A stretch of 64,000 nucleotides of DNA from contig OX597819.1 in assembly GCA_951406725.2 (NCBI GenBank), positions 36,890,001-36,954,000 on the forward strand, written 5' to 3'. The position numbers were made by a program, and so were the translations under genes. This DNA is from Octopus vulgaris (lineage: Eukaryota). The notes beneath the pieces were generated by a model. That model saw only the letters and a program-made list of their open reading frames with translations, was not told the DNA's origin and ran no database searches. Positions 1 through 11,948 of this stretch are shown in pieces; position 1 is the stretch's first letter, and every line of letters begins with the position of its first letter.

Positions 1-53
1 TTTTGATGAACGTCAGATCTGATAACAAGATTGCTTTACACCATTCAAGGCCT

Positions 54-3000
54 CAGAGATCAAAGAGGGGTGCCGACAGAGATCAAAGAGGGGTGCCGAC
101 AGAGATCAAAGAGGGGTACCGACAGAGATCAAAGAGGGGTGCCGACAGAGATCAAAGAAGGTGTCGACAGAGATCGAAGGGAGTGCCGACAGAGATCAAA
201 GAGGGTGCCGACAGAGATCAAAGAGGTGCCGACAGAGATCAAAGAGGGGTGCCGACAGAGATCAAAGGAGGTCCCGACAGAAATCAAAGAGGGGTGTCGA
301 CAGAGATCAAAGTGGGTGCCGACAGAGATCAAAGAGGGGTGCTGACAAAGATCAAAGGGGGTGTCGACAGAGACCAAAGAGGGGTGCCGACAGAGATCAA
401 AGAGGGGTGCCGACAGAGATCAAAGGGGGTGCCGACAGAGATCAAAGAGGGGTGCCGACAGCAATCAAAGAGGGTGCCGACAGAGATCAAAGAGGGGTGC
501 CGACAGAGATCAAAGAACAGGAATCAAAGAGGGTGCCGACAGAGATCAAAGAGGGGTGCCGACAGAGATCAAAGAGGGGTGCCGACAGAGATCAAAGAAA
601 GGTGCCGACAGAGATCAATGGGGATGCACAGAGATCAAAGGAGTGATGACAGAGATCAAAGGGGGTGCCGACAGAGATCAAAGAGGGTGCCGACAGAGAT
701 CAAAGACGGGTGCCGACAGATATCAAAGGGGGTGTACAGAGATCAAAGGGTTGCCGACAGAGATCAAAGAGGGGTACCGACAGAATTCAAAGAGGGATGC
801 CGACAGAGATCAAAGAGGGGTGCCGACAGAGATCAAAGAGGGGTGCCGACAGAGATCAAAGAGGGATGCAAAGAGATCAAAGGGGGTGCCGTCAGAGATC
901 AAAGGGGTGCCAACAGAGATCAAAAAGGGGTGCCGACAAAGATCAAAGAGGGTGCCAAAAGAGATCAAAGAGGGTACCGACAGAGATCAATGGGGGTGCC
1001 GACAGAAATCAAAGAAAGGTGCCGACAGAGATCAAAGAGGGGTGCCGACAGAGATCAAAGGGGGTGCCGACAGAGACCAAAGAGAGTGTCGACAGAGATC
1101 AAAGAGGGGTGCCGACAGAGATCAAAAAGGGTGCTGACAGAGATCAAAGGGGGTGCCGACAGAGACCAAAGAGGGGTGCTGACAAAGATCAAAGGGGGTG
1201 CCGACAGAGATCAAAGATTGGGTGTCGACAGAGATCAAAGAGGGGTGCCGACAGAGATCAAAGGGGGTGCCGACAGAGATCAAAGAGGGGTGCCGACAGA
1301 GATCAAAGAGGGATGCCGACAGAGATCAAAGAGGGTACCGACAGAGATCAAAGAGGGGTATCGACAGAGATAAAAGAGGGTGCCGACAGAGATCAAAGAG
1401 GGGTACCGACAGAGATCAATGGGGTGCCGAGAGAAATCAAAGAGAGGTGCCGACAGAGATCAAAAAGGGTGCCGAAAGATATAAAAGATATCAAAGAGGG
1501 GTGCCGACATAGTTCAAATAGGGGTGCCGACAGAGATCAAAGAAGGATGCCGACATAGATCAAAGAGGGTGCCGACAGAGATCAATTGGGGTGCCGACAG
1601 AAATCAAAGAGAGGTGCCGACAGAGAGCAAAGGGGTGCCGACAGAGATCAAAGGGGGTGCCGACAGAGACCAAAGAGGGTGCCGACAAAGATCAAAGAGG
1701 GGTGCTGATAGAGATCAAAGGAGGTGCCGCCAGAGATCAAAAAGGGTGCCGAAAGATATAAAATAGATCAAAGAGGGGTGCCGACAGATATCAAAGTGGG
1801 GTGCCGACAGAGATCAAAGGGGGGTGCCGACAGAGATCAAAGAGGGATGCACAAAGATCCAAGAGAGGTGCCGACAGAGATCAAAGAGGGGTGCCGACAG
1901 AGATAAAAGGGGGTGCCGACAGAGACCAAAGAGAGTGTCGACAGAGATCAAAGAGGGGTGCCGACAGAGATCAAAAAGGGTGCTGACAGAGATCAAAGGG
2001 GGTGCCGACAGAGATCAAAGATTGGGTGTCGACAGAGATCACAGAGGGATGCCGACAGAGATCAAAGGGGGTGCCGACAGAGATCAAAGAGGGGTGCCGA
2101 CAGAGATCAAAGAGGGATGCCGACAGAGATCAAAGAGGGTACCGTCAGAGATCAAAGAGGGTATCAACAGAGATAAAAGAGGGTGCCGACAGAGATCAAA
2201 GAGGGGTACCGACAGAGATCAATGGGGGTGCCGACAGAAATCAAAGAGAGGTGCCGACAGAGATCAAAAAGGGTGCCGAAAGATATAAAAGAGATCAAAG
2301 AGGTGTGCCGACAGAGATCAAAAAGGGGTGCCGCCAGAGAGCTAAGAGGGATGCCGACATAGATCAAAGAGGGTACCGACAGAGATCAATTGGGGTGCCG
2401 ACAGAAATCAAAGAGAGGTGCCGACAGAGATCAAAGAGAGGTGCTGACAGAGATCAATGGGGATGCACAGAGATCAAAGGGGTGCTGACAGAGATCAAAA
2501 TGGGTGCCGACAGAGATCAAAGAGGGTGCCGACAGAGATCAAAGACGGGTGCCGACAGAGATCAAAGAGGGGTACCGACAGAATTCAAAGAGGGGTGCCG
2601 ACAGAGATCAAAGAGGGATGCCGACAGAGATCAAAGAGGGGTGCCGACAGAGATCAAAGAGGGATGCACAGAGATCAAAGAGGGATGCAAAGAGATCAAA
2701 GGGGGTGCCGACATAGATCAAAGGGGTGCCGACAGAGATCAAAGAGGGGTGCCGACAGAGATCAGAGAGGGTGCCGAAAGAGATCAAAGAGGGGTATCGA
2801 CAGAGATAAAAGAGGGTGCCGACAGAGATCAAAGAGGGTATCGACAGAGATCAAAGTGGGGTATCGACAGAGATAAAAGAGGGTGCCGACAGAGATCAAA
2901 GAGGGGTACCGACAGTGATCAATGGGGGTGCCGGCAGAAATCAAAGAGAGGTGCCGACAGAGACCAAAGAGGGTGCCGACAAAGATCAAAGAGGGGTGCT

Positions 3001-5421
3001 GATAGAGATCAAAGGAGGTGCCGCCAGAGATCAAAAAGGGTGGCGAAAGATATAAAAGAGATCAAAGAGGGGTGCCGACAGATATCAAAGTGGGGTGCCG
3101 ACAGAGATCAAAGGGGGGTGCCGACAGAGATCAAAGATTGGGTGTCGACAGAGATCAAAGAGGGGTGCCGACAGAGATCAAAGGGGGTGCCGACAGAGAT
3201 CAAAGAGGGGTGCCGACAGAGATCAAAGTGGGATGCCGACAGAGATCAAAGAGGTTACCGACAGAGATCAAAGAGGGGTATCGACAGAGATAAAAGAGGG
3301 TGCCGTCAGAGATCAAAGAGGGGTACCGACAGAGATCAATGGGGGTGCCGACAGAAATCAAAGAGGTGCCGACAGAGATCAAAAAGGGTGCCGAAAGATA
3401 TAAAAGAGATCAAAGAGGGGTGCCGACAGAGTTCAAATAGGGGTGCCGACAGAGATCAAAGAAGGATGCCGACATAGATCAAAGAGGGTGCCGACAGAGA
3501 TCAATTGGGGTGCCGACAGAAATCAAAGAGGGTGCCGACAGAGAGCAAAGGGGTGCCGACAGAGATCAAAGGGGTGCCGACAGAGACCAAAGAGGGTGCC
3601 GACAAAGATCAAAGAGGGGTGCTGATAGAGATCAAAGGAGGTGCCGCCAGAGATCAAAAAGGGTGCCGAAAGATATAAAAGAGATCAAAGAGGGATGCCG
3701 ACAGATATCAAAGTGGGGTGCCGACAGAGATCAAAGAGGGGTGCCGACAGAGATCAAAGGGGGTGCCGACAGAGATCAAAGAGGGGTGCTGACAGAGATC
3801 AAAGAGGGGTGCCGACAGAGATCAAAGAGGGATGCACAAATATCCAAGAGAGGTGCCGACAGAGATCAAAGAGGGGTGCCGACAGAGATCAAAGGGGGGG
3901 CGACAGAGACCAAAGAGAGTGTCGGCAGAGATCAAAGAGGGGTGCCGACAGATATCAAAAAGGGTGCTGACAGAGATCAATGGGGGTGTCGACAGAGACC
4001 AAAGAGGGGTGCTGACAAAGATCAAAGGGGGTGCCGACAGAGATCAAAGATTGGGTGTCGACAGAGATCAAAGAGGGGTGCCGACAGATATCAAAGAGGG
4101 GTGCCGACAGAGATCAAAGAGGGGTGCCGACAGAGATCAAAGAGGGGCGCCGACAGAGATCAAATGGGTGCCGACAGAGATCAAAGAGGGGTGCCGACAG
4201 AGATCAAAGAAGGGTGCCGACAGGAATCAAAGAGGGTGCCGACAGAGATCAAAGAGGGGTGCCGACAGAGATCAAAGATTGGTGCCGACAGAGATCAAAG
4301 GGGGTGCCGACAGAGATCAAAGAGGGTGCCGACAGAGATCAAAGACGGGTGCCGACAAATATCAAAGGGGGTGTACAGAGATCAAAGGGGTGCCGACAGA
4401 GATCAAAGAGGGGTACCGACAGAGATCAAAGAGGGGTGCCGACAGAGATCAAAGAGGGATGCCGACAGAGATCAAAGAGGGATGCACAGAGATCAAAGAG
4501 GGATGCACATAGATCAAAGGGGGTGCCGACAGAGATCAAAGGGGGTGCCGACAGAGATCAAAGAGTGATGCACAGAGATCAAAGGGAGTGTCGACAGAGA
4601 TCAAAAGGGGTGCCGACAGAGATCAAAAAGGGGTGCCGATAGAGATCAAAGAAGGGTGCCGACAAGGATCAAAGAGGGTGACGACAGAGATCAATAGGGT
4701 GCCGACAGAGATGAAAGTGGGTGCCAACGGAGATCAAAGAGGGGTGCCGACAGAGATCAAAGGGGGTGCCGACATAGATCAAAGAGGGGTACCGACAGAG
4801 ATCAAAGGGTGTGCCGACAGAGATCAAAGAGGGGTACCTACAGAGATAAAAGAGGGTGCCGACAGAGATCAAAGAGGGGTACCGACAGAGATCAAAGAGG
4901 GGTGCCGACAGAGATCAAAGAGGGGTGTCGACAGAGATCAAAGAGGGGTGTCGAAAGAGAATAAAGGGGTGCCGACAGAGATCAAAGAGGGGTGCCGACA
5001 GAGATCAAAGACGGGTGCCGACAGAGATCAAACGGGGTGTACAGAGATCAAAGGGGGTACCGACAGAGATCAAAGAGGGATGCCGATAGAGATCAAAGAG
5101 GGGTGTCGACAGAGATCAAAGAGGGATGCACAGAGATCAAAGGGGGTGCCGACAGAGATCAAAGGGGGTGCCGACAGAGATCAAAGAGGGGTGCCGAAAG
5201 AGATCAAAGAGGGTGCCGATAGAGATCAAAGAAGGGTGCCGACAAGGATCAAAGAGGGTGCCGATAGAGATCAATGGGGTGCCGACAGAGATCAAAGGGG
5301 GTGCCGACAGAGATCAAAGAGTGGTGCCGACAGAGATCAAAGGGGGTTCCGACAGAGATCAAAGAGGGGTGCCGACAGAGATCAAAGAGGGGTGCCGAGA
5401 GAGACCAAAGGGTTGCCGAAA
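54..5421. repeat. Tandem satellite/minisatellite array, ~21-23 bp unit, consensus GACAGAGATCAAAGAGGGGTGCC (~230-240 copies)
   Basis: Unit is read directly and repeats continuously with point variants. Copy number is array length divided by unit length. Strongly purine-rich + strand. Confidence 0.97.
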
Positions 5422-5814
5422 GAGCCCGTCTGAGTATTAGCGCGCGTCTACGATGAGTCTACGATTTTAAATATAATTTAACATCATTTTTTATTCCATT
5501 TTAATGCATAATTTTTCGTGTGTCGATGGCGGCGGAGTTGGCGTCCACGCTCAAACACCTGCACCTGTGTTTGCTTCTACCCCTTCTTCCCTCCCTCGTG
5601 AAGCTGTGGGGAAGGGAGTGTAAAGAAATCAACGTCGTAAAGCGTTGTCAAGGAGACCAGCGTTCTTTTAGAACAACGACTTCATGGCTTGAAGACACCA
5701 AAACAGAAATGGCTAAGAAAGCCCGAATTGGCATCTATAAGGGAAGTAACTCTCTAAAAATGCTTATATAGTTATTTCCCTTACAAACCCGAGCAACGCC
5801 GGGCGATACTGCTA

Positions 5815-5815
<1 letters not shown>
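5422..5815 (+). mobile_element. Non-autonomous Helitron, 3' portion
   Basis: Ends in hairpin CCCGAGCAACGCCGGG (5788-5803) followed 8 nt later by CTAG|T (5812-5815), the canonical Helitron 3' terminus. The same hairpin plus CTAG recurs at 33384-33411. Confidence 0.75.
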
Positions 5816-5853
<38 letters not shown>

Positions 5854-5859
5854 TCGGGA

Positions 5860-7308
5860 GTGGCCATGGGAACGCGAATGGGCCCCAACTATGCGAACCT
5901 GTTCGTTGGCTATGTTGAGGCCCAAATATTCTCTAATTTCACTGGTCCCACTCCTGAACTATATGGTCGTTATATTGACGACATTATCGGTGCCACCTCA
6001 CTCTCCCGCGAACATCTAGATTCCTTCCTCTCTTTCGTCCAATCTTTCCATCCAGCCCTCCACTTCACTTCCACTATCTCCAACACCTCTGTCTCCTTCC
6101 TCGACATTTCGGTTAGCATTCTTCACTCCACTCTTACCACCTCCATTCACTACAAACACACAGACTCACACTCATACCTCAACTTCTCTTCCTCCCACCC
6201 AGAACACACCAAGCTTTCAATCCCCTATTCCCAATTCCTCCGTCTACGTAGGCTCTGTAGTGACGACTATGACTTTGAGACTCAGTCTCAACGTATGGCT
6301 CACCACTTCACCCTACGTGGATACCCCCTCACCACTATCCACACCGCCCTTGCCAGAGCACGGTCTGTGGACCGTGTATCTGCTCTCTCTCCCCGAACCC
6401 GCCCTGTAGTCTCCCGCCTCCCTTTTCCCCTCACTTACCACCCCACGACCCTACGTCTCCAACGCACCATTCTTCGAGCTTTCCGTCATCTCCAGTCCGA
6501 CCCGTCCACTTCACACCTCTTCCCTAACCGACCCCTCCCCTCTTTCAAACGAGCCCACAACCTTCGAGACCTTTTGGTCCATAGCTCCTTCCCTGACCCT
6601 ACCTCCCAACCCGGCTCGTTCCCCTGCTCCCGCCCACGTTGCTGCACTTGCCCTTACCTCTCCAACACCACCCGCCTCACTAGCACCCACCATCGACCCT
6701 ATCCCATCATCCACTCCTTCACCTGCACCTCCAGCAATATTATCTATTGCATCTCTTGCTCTCTCTGCAATTCCTTGTACATCGGACAAACGGGACGCCG
6801 CTTGGCTGACCGGTTCGCGGAACACCTTCGTGACATCCACCTTGCGAACGACACACCGGTCTCACGCCATTTCCGCTCCACCGGTCACTCCTTGCAACAC
6901 CTATCTGTGTTCGGTTTGTCCTTACACAGAGGCCATCCGGATTCCCGTTTGCGCCGTGAACAGGAATTAATCTTCTCTCTTCGCTCTTATACGCCATTTG
7001 GTCTCAACTCTCCCCCTCCTCATCTAACCTCCCTCTGCCCCTCCTCACCTATCCTTTCTCCCCCGACCCCTACTTCTTCAGTCCTTCATCCTTTCACCCC
7101 TACTCCCCTTCCCTTCTTCCCTCTTTCTCCCTCCCTCTTCCCCTTCCCTCTGCTCCCTCTCTCCCCTTCTCTCTCCCCCTCTCCCTCTTTCCTCCTTCAT
7201 CCCCCTCCTCCCCTTCCTTCTCCCCCATCCTCTCCTCTTTCCCCTTCTCCTCCTCCTCTTCTTCCCCTCCCCTTCTCTCCCCCCTCTTCTCCTCACTACA
7301 CCACATGA
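5860..7308 (+). CDS. PLE polyprotein C-terminal part: RT (motifs B-E, thumb), Cys linker, GIY-YIG endonuclease
   Basis: GxAMGTRMGPNYANLF and YGRYIDD RT motifs; CSRPRCCTC linker; NIIYCISCSLCNSLYIGQTGRRLADRFAEH GIY-YIG motif. The frame is uninterrupted but 5'-truncated, and the last ~95 aa are low-complexity read-through. Confidence 0.88.
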   Translation: MAMGTRMGPNYANLFVGYVEAQIFSNFTGPTPELYGRYIDDIIGATSLSREHLDSFLSFVQSFHPALHFTSTISNTSVSFLDISVSILHSTLTTSIHYKHTDSHSYLNFSSSHPEHTKLSIPYSQFLRLRRLCSDDYDFETQSQRMAHHFTLRGYPLTTIHTALARARSVDRVSALSPRTRPVVSRLPFPLTYHPTTLRLQRTILRAFRHLQSDPSTSHLFPNRPLPSFKRAHNLRDLLVHSSFPDPTSQPGSFPCSRPRCCTCPYLSNTTRLTSTHHRPYPIIHSFTCTSSNIIYCISCSLCNSLYIGQTGRRLADRFAEHLRDIHLANDTPVSRHFRSTGHSLQHLSVFGLSLHRGHPDSRLRREQELIFSLRSYTPFGLNSPPPHLTSLCPSSPILSPPTPTSSVLHPFTPTPLPFFPLSPSLFPFPLLPLSPSLSPSPSFLLHPPPPLPSPPSSPLSPSPPPLLPLPFSPPSSPHYTT

Positions 7309-7847
7309 CTTTACACATCACATCACATATGATGTGCCATACTAATACACACACCAACTAATACATACTAATACGTACTAATACATACTAGTACATACTA
7401 ATACTTACACCAACCCTATACATACACACGTCCAGACCCCGCATACGCACTTATACTCTCTCTCACACACACACACACACCTATACATACCAATACGTAC
7501 TAATACATACTAATACATACTAATACATACACCAACCCCATACATACGCACGTCCAGACCAATCCTACGCACTAATACTCTCTCATACACACACACACAC
7601 ACACACACACCCTTATACATACTAATACATACACCAACCCTATACATACACACATCAAGACCCCTCCCACGCACTATTAGCTGGTCCCTCAACCCTTTTA
7701 TCAACCCTATTATCTCCCCTTATTTCGCTCTCGCGTCTTATGTTTGATCTTTGACCTCTGGCCGAAATTAGATCGCCATGTTGATTCGTTAGCTACTGCA
7801 CGCATTTTTTTTCTCTCCTTCTTTCTGTGTTTTTCTCTCTCTGTGTA

Positions 7848-7885
7848 TCTTTCTGTTGAAGAGCGTAGGCTCGAAACGTTAAAGA
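7848..7885 (+). ncRNA. Minimal type I hammerhead ribozyme motif in PLE tail
   Basis: UCUUU-CUGUUGA-A-GAGC(GUAG)GCUC-GAAAC-GUU-AAAGA. Stems I and II pair; stem III is the palindrome AACGUU. Confidence 0.7.
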
Positions 7886-8732
7886 CTTGTTTTATTTATA
7901 TTTCCTGAGCGCCATACTAATACAATTGTTCGTTTGTTTTCCACCTGCCTTCGTCTTTTGTTTATTTTCATAAAGCTACCCGTTATATATATATATATAT
8001 ACATATATATACATATATATACATATAAATAAAAGGGGCAGGCAACATATACAATATATATATTGAACTTTACAGAAGTTCCTACCGTTAATCGGTTATA
8101 TTTACATACCGAATTCTACCAGTAAAAAATTGTTGGTTTTTTTTTAGAAAAAACCATTATAGGAATTATTTACTATTATTATTATATTACATATATATAC
8201 ATATACATATGTGTGTGTGTGCGTGTGTGTGTGATTCCTGGTTTTCATACGTTATGTAGGTTAATTTTGAATGTGTCATGTATTATGTGCATATGTGGTA
8301 TCCGCGAAGATGACTAAGATCACTGCTGTATGATGTTAAATCATGAGATAATTGTGAGAAATAATTGTTAGGAAATAAGGAATGTCTGATGAGACAAATA
8401 ACATGCGTTTAGTGCTAACAGTGTCATTGGCCTTCAAGGCATTTTCTGCGTTTTCAATGTTGTTTTCACATTAGAAATCGTTCTACTGTTATGTAATACA
8501 TCGGTGCATTCACAAACCACGTGCTTTCCACGCCAACGCACGTTGACAGGCAGAGGTCGGCTTGTTGTTATTGTTAGTAAGACGATGAGACCGTTATGTT
8601 TGTGTGTGCGCGTGTGCGTGTGTGTGTATGCATGTGTGAATGTGTGGTTCTGTGCCTGTGTCTTTGTGGGCGTGTGTGTCTATGTGTGTGGGCACGTGCA
8701 CATATACTAAATACATGTCCATATATATGTGT

Positions 8733-8769
<37 letters not shown>

Positions 8770-8997
8770 GGCGGCGAGCTGACAGAAACGTTAGAACGCC
8801 GGGCGAAATGCGTAGCCGTATTTCGTCTACCGTTATGTTGTGTGTTCAAATTCCGCCGAGGTCGACTTTGCTTTTCATCCTTTCGGGGTCAGTAAATTAA
8901 GTACCAGTTAGGCACTGGGGTCGATGTAATCGACTTAATCCGTTTGTCTGTCCATGTTTGTCTCCTCTGTGTTTAGCCCTTTGTGGGTAGTAAAGAA
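8770..8997 (+). mobile_element. tRNA-derived SINE family A
   Basis: A box GGCGAGCTGACAGAAACG, B box GTTCAAATTCC, central GTCGACTTTGC(C)TTTCATCCTTTCGGGGTCG; multiple near-identical copies in the window. Confidence 0.85.
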
Positions 8998-9008
8998 AAA
9001 AATATATA

Positions 9009-9070
<62 letters not shown>

Positions 9071-9234
9071 TGTGTGTTTGTGTATGTGAGTAAAAAATTT
9101 GTAGTATAAGATATTAGACCACGTAGTAATCCAATTCAGAGAAGTGTAATGCAGAGTCTCCATGCAGCTGAAATCCAGACGCCCGTTCAATGAAATTACA
9201 TAAGTACGTGTCATGTGCCCGCGTGAGTGTGTGA

Positions 9235-9277
<43 letters not shown>

Positions 9278-9344
9278 TGTGTGTGCGCGAGTGTGTGTGT
9301 ATGTGTGTGTGTGTGTATCAGAGAGAGAGAGAAAGCATGTCCTT

Positions 9345-9597
9345 TATCTTTTATCCTTTACTTGTTTCAGTCATTTGACTACGGCCATTCTGGGGCACCG
9401 ACTTGTAGGGTTTTAGTCGAACAAATCAACCCCAGGACCTTTTTAAAGCCTCGTACTTATTCTATCGGTCCTTTTTGCCAAACCGTTAAATATGAGGACG
9501 TAAACATACCAACACTATTTGTCAAAAGGAGGTGGGGACAAACAGAGACACAAATACACACAGATATAATACACAAACACACACACCTACACACACA

Positions 9598-9639
<42 letters not shown>

Positions 9640-9711
9640 AGCGTCTGCTAATACATTACATGTACTACGTCCTCGCGTTCTTCTTTGTTTTTGTCCTTCT
9701 TTTGGATTTAC

Positions 9712-9784
<73 letters not shown>

Positions 9785-10374
9785 CAAATAAGAAAATGGA
9801 GAAACAAATTCATTTCGTTCATCAACTTACGGATATTACAATTTTACATTATTTATTAATTATACAAGTGAGAACATCAAAAGCAAACACACATTATATA
9901 AATCAAAAGGTAATATAATAATAAAAATAATACAAATACATATTTTAAAAGTCATATCATAAATTATTGAAATTCATAAACTACTTCTTACAGCTGTTTC
10001 AGACCATAGGCGGAAACAGCTGTAAGAAGTAGTTTATGAATTTCAATAATTTATAATATGACTTTTAAAATATGTATTTGTATTATTTTTATTATTATAT
10101 TACCTGTTGATTTATATAATGTGTGTTTGCTTTTGTTGTTCTCATTTGAATAATTAATAAATAATGTAAAATTGTAATATCCGTATGTTGATGAACGAGA
10201 TGAATTTGTTTCTCCATTTTCTTATTTGTATTATAAATTTACGGTAAAAATATTTTTTTACCTTCACCCATTTAATACGATAAAAGAATTAATTGCATTG
10301 CAATTAAAAACATTTATGTATTAAAAATTGGGGTATCCCATAGTGGGTTACATTCATAACCCCTGCCTTACTTT

Positions 10375-10429
<55 letters not shown>

Positions 10430-10590
10430 GACGAGCCTCTTTCTGTTTCCGTCTACCAAATCCAATCACAAGACTTTGGTTGTCCCGAAACTTATTCTTG
10501 AAAACACTTGCCCAAGGTGTTATACAGTGGGACTGAATCCAGAACCATGTGGCCGACGTGCAAGCTTCTGACAACACATCCGCACCTATA
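9345..10590 (-). mobile_element. SINE family B split by insertions in its internal microsatellite (3' half ~9345-9600, 5' half ~10428-10590)
   Basis: The halves match the contiguous copies at 46230-46639 (-) and 62013-62475 (+). Confidence 0.7.
9778..10235. repeat. Long inverted repeat (~220 bp arms, 12 bp spacer), probable inverted PLE pseudo-LTR
   Basis: 9778-10000 is the reverse complement of 10013-10235 with few mismatches. Both arms start with the hammerhead 3' half GAAACAGCTGTA. Confidence 0.9.
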
Positions 10591-10856
10591 TAATTTTATA
10601 TACTCTTTAAAACTATATATTATTTTATACTTACTTTAGCTTCTTCATTTACTCTTTTTATCCTTTCCTGTTATTTTGTTAACATTAAGGATTGTCAACT
10701 CCTTGAAATTCTATCCAACACCTTAGTTGATATGAAACAACATACCTTTATTTTTACTGATAAAACCAAGAAGGGCTTCTATATATTTTATACAAAGAGA
10801 AAATTTTGTATGTATACTTAGATTTGAACCGTTGCTAGCAGGCATGTTCGTCTGGT

Positions 10857-11008
10857 GCTCTGATGACCTAGCTTTCCCTATTTCCATTAATTTTTAATAT
10901 CAATTTGCAGTGTATAATATATGGCATGCATGTAATGCAAGCATGTAAACATAAGTTTATTCCATATTGGAATTATTATATGAAGAAGGCCGCGAAACGG
11001 CCGTAATC
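10857..11008 (+). ncRNA. Degenerate hammerhead-like motif with long stem II
   Basis: CTGATGA at 10860 and GAAACGGCCGTA at 10994; stems I and II pair poorly. Confidence 0.4.
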
Positions 11009-11042
11009 CTAAGTATGTCCAGTGTTAGATAAATATATACAC

Positions 11043-11073
<31 letters not shown>

Positions 11074-11101
11074 GATCCTGGCTCATCGAATTTCTTCATA
11101 A

Positions 11102-11157
<56 letters not shown>

Positions 11158-11227
11158 TACATACTATATATATACATATTTACATTTACATACATGTGTA
11201 TGTATGTATATATATTTACATGCATAC

Positions 11228-11289
<62 letters not shown>

Positions 11290-11331
11290 GAAAGAATGGA
11301 GTCGAACGAAGATGTTAACAAAATTCCTTTA

Positions 11332-11413
11332 CTCTCGACACATGTTTCGAAGACAGCATATTTTTATTCCGAAGGAATAAAGGGTGCGTTATGCAATCTT
11401 CTCAACAGGAAAG
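11332..11413 (-). ncRNA. Hammerhead ribozyme motif in PLE tail
   Basis: Minus strand CUUUC-CUGUUGA-GAAGA...UCUUC-GAAAC-AUGU-GUC-GAGAG; all three stems pair. Confidence 0.7.
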
Positions 11414-11948
11414 ATAAGGAGCCTCTCTCAACCACAAGACGAACAAAAATTTCGATGATTGCCTACATGGTGACCACAGCGATAATGTGTGTTTTTTTTT
11501 CAAATCTGTTATAAGCATTGACGTCAAAAATGGGTAGAAGGAGGAGGTAAAAATAGGTAGGGGACAGTATGTTTGCTGTATGTTTGGAGATGTGCAGGTG
11601 TGTGCTTGTGTTAATGAGCGCGAGTGTTTGTGTGTGTGTATGTGTTTGTGTATATAACTGCATTTGTGTCTGTGTGTGTGATTGTGTGTGGGAGAGAGAG
11701 ACATACGTCAAATATACGTAGTAGTAAGGGGAAAAGTTGTGTCTGTGTGTTTGATTGTGTGTGTGAGAGAGAGAGAGATGAACATACGTCAAAGATATGT
11801 AGTAGCAATGGAATATATAAAGGAGTAATAGGTAGGGAAGAAGAAGTGAACGTTGATTGAAAGAATGTTTGGAGGCATAGGAAAGAATTTCTTTATGGCA
11901 GTGGTGTGGACGTGAAGCTAATTGTTAAAACTACAGTGGCTATCTTTA

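Larger units (their letters stand above)
5851..7984 (+). mobile_element. Penelope-like retroelement (PLE), 5'-truncated, inserted in (TA)n
   Basis: RT + GIY-YIG ORF, 3' tail with a hammerhead motif, (TA)n on both flanks. Confidence 0.9.

Noticed and set aside
54-5421. CRISPR-like array
   Set aside because: Units are head-to-tail with no unique spacers, there are no cas genes, and the context is eukaryotic.
3-5456. Long ORFs in all + frames of the satellite (GADRDQR / GVPTEIK / GCRQRSK)
   Set aside because: The unit has no stop codon in any + frame, and its length varies between 21 and 23 bp with constant frame switching, so there is no sign of coding constraint.
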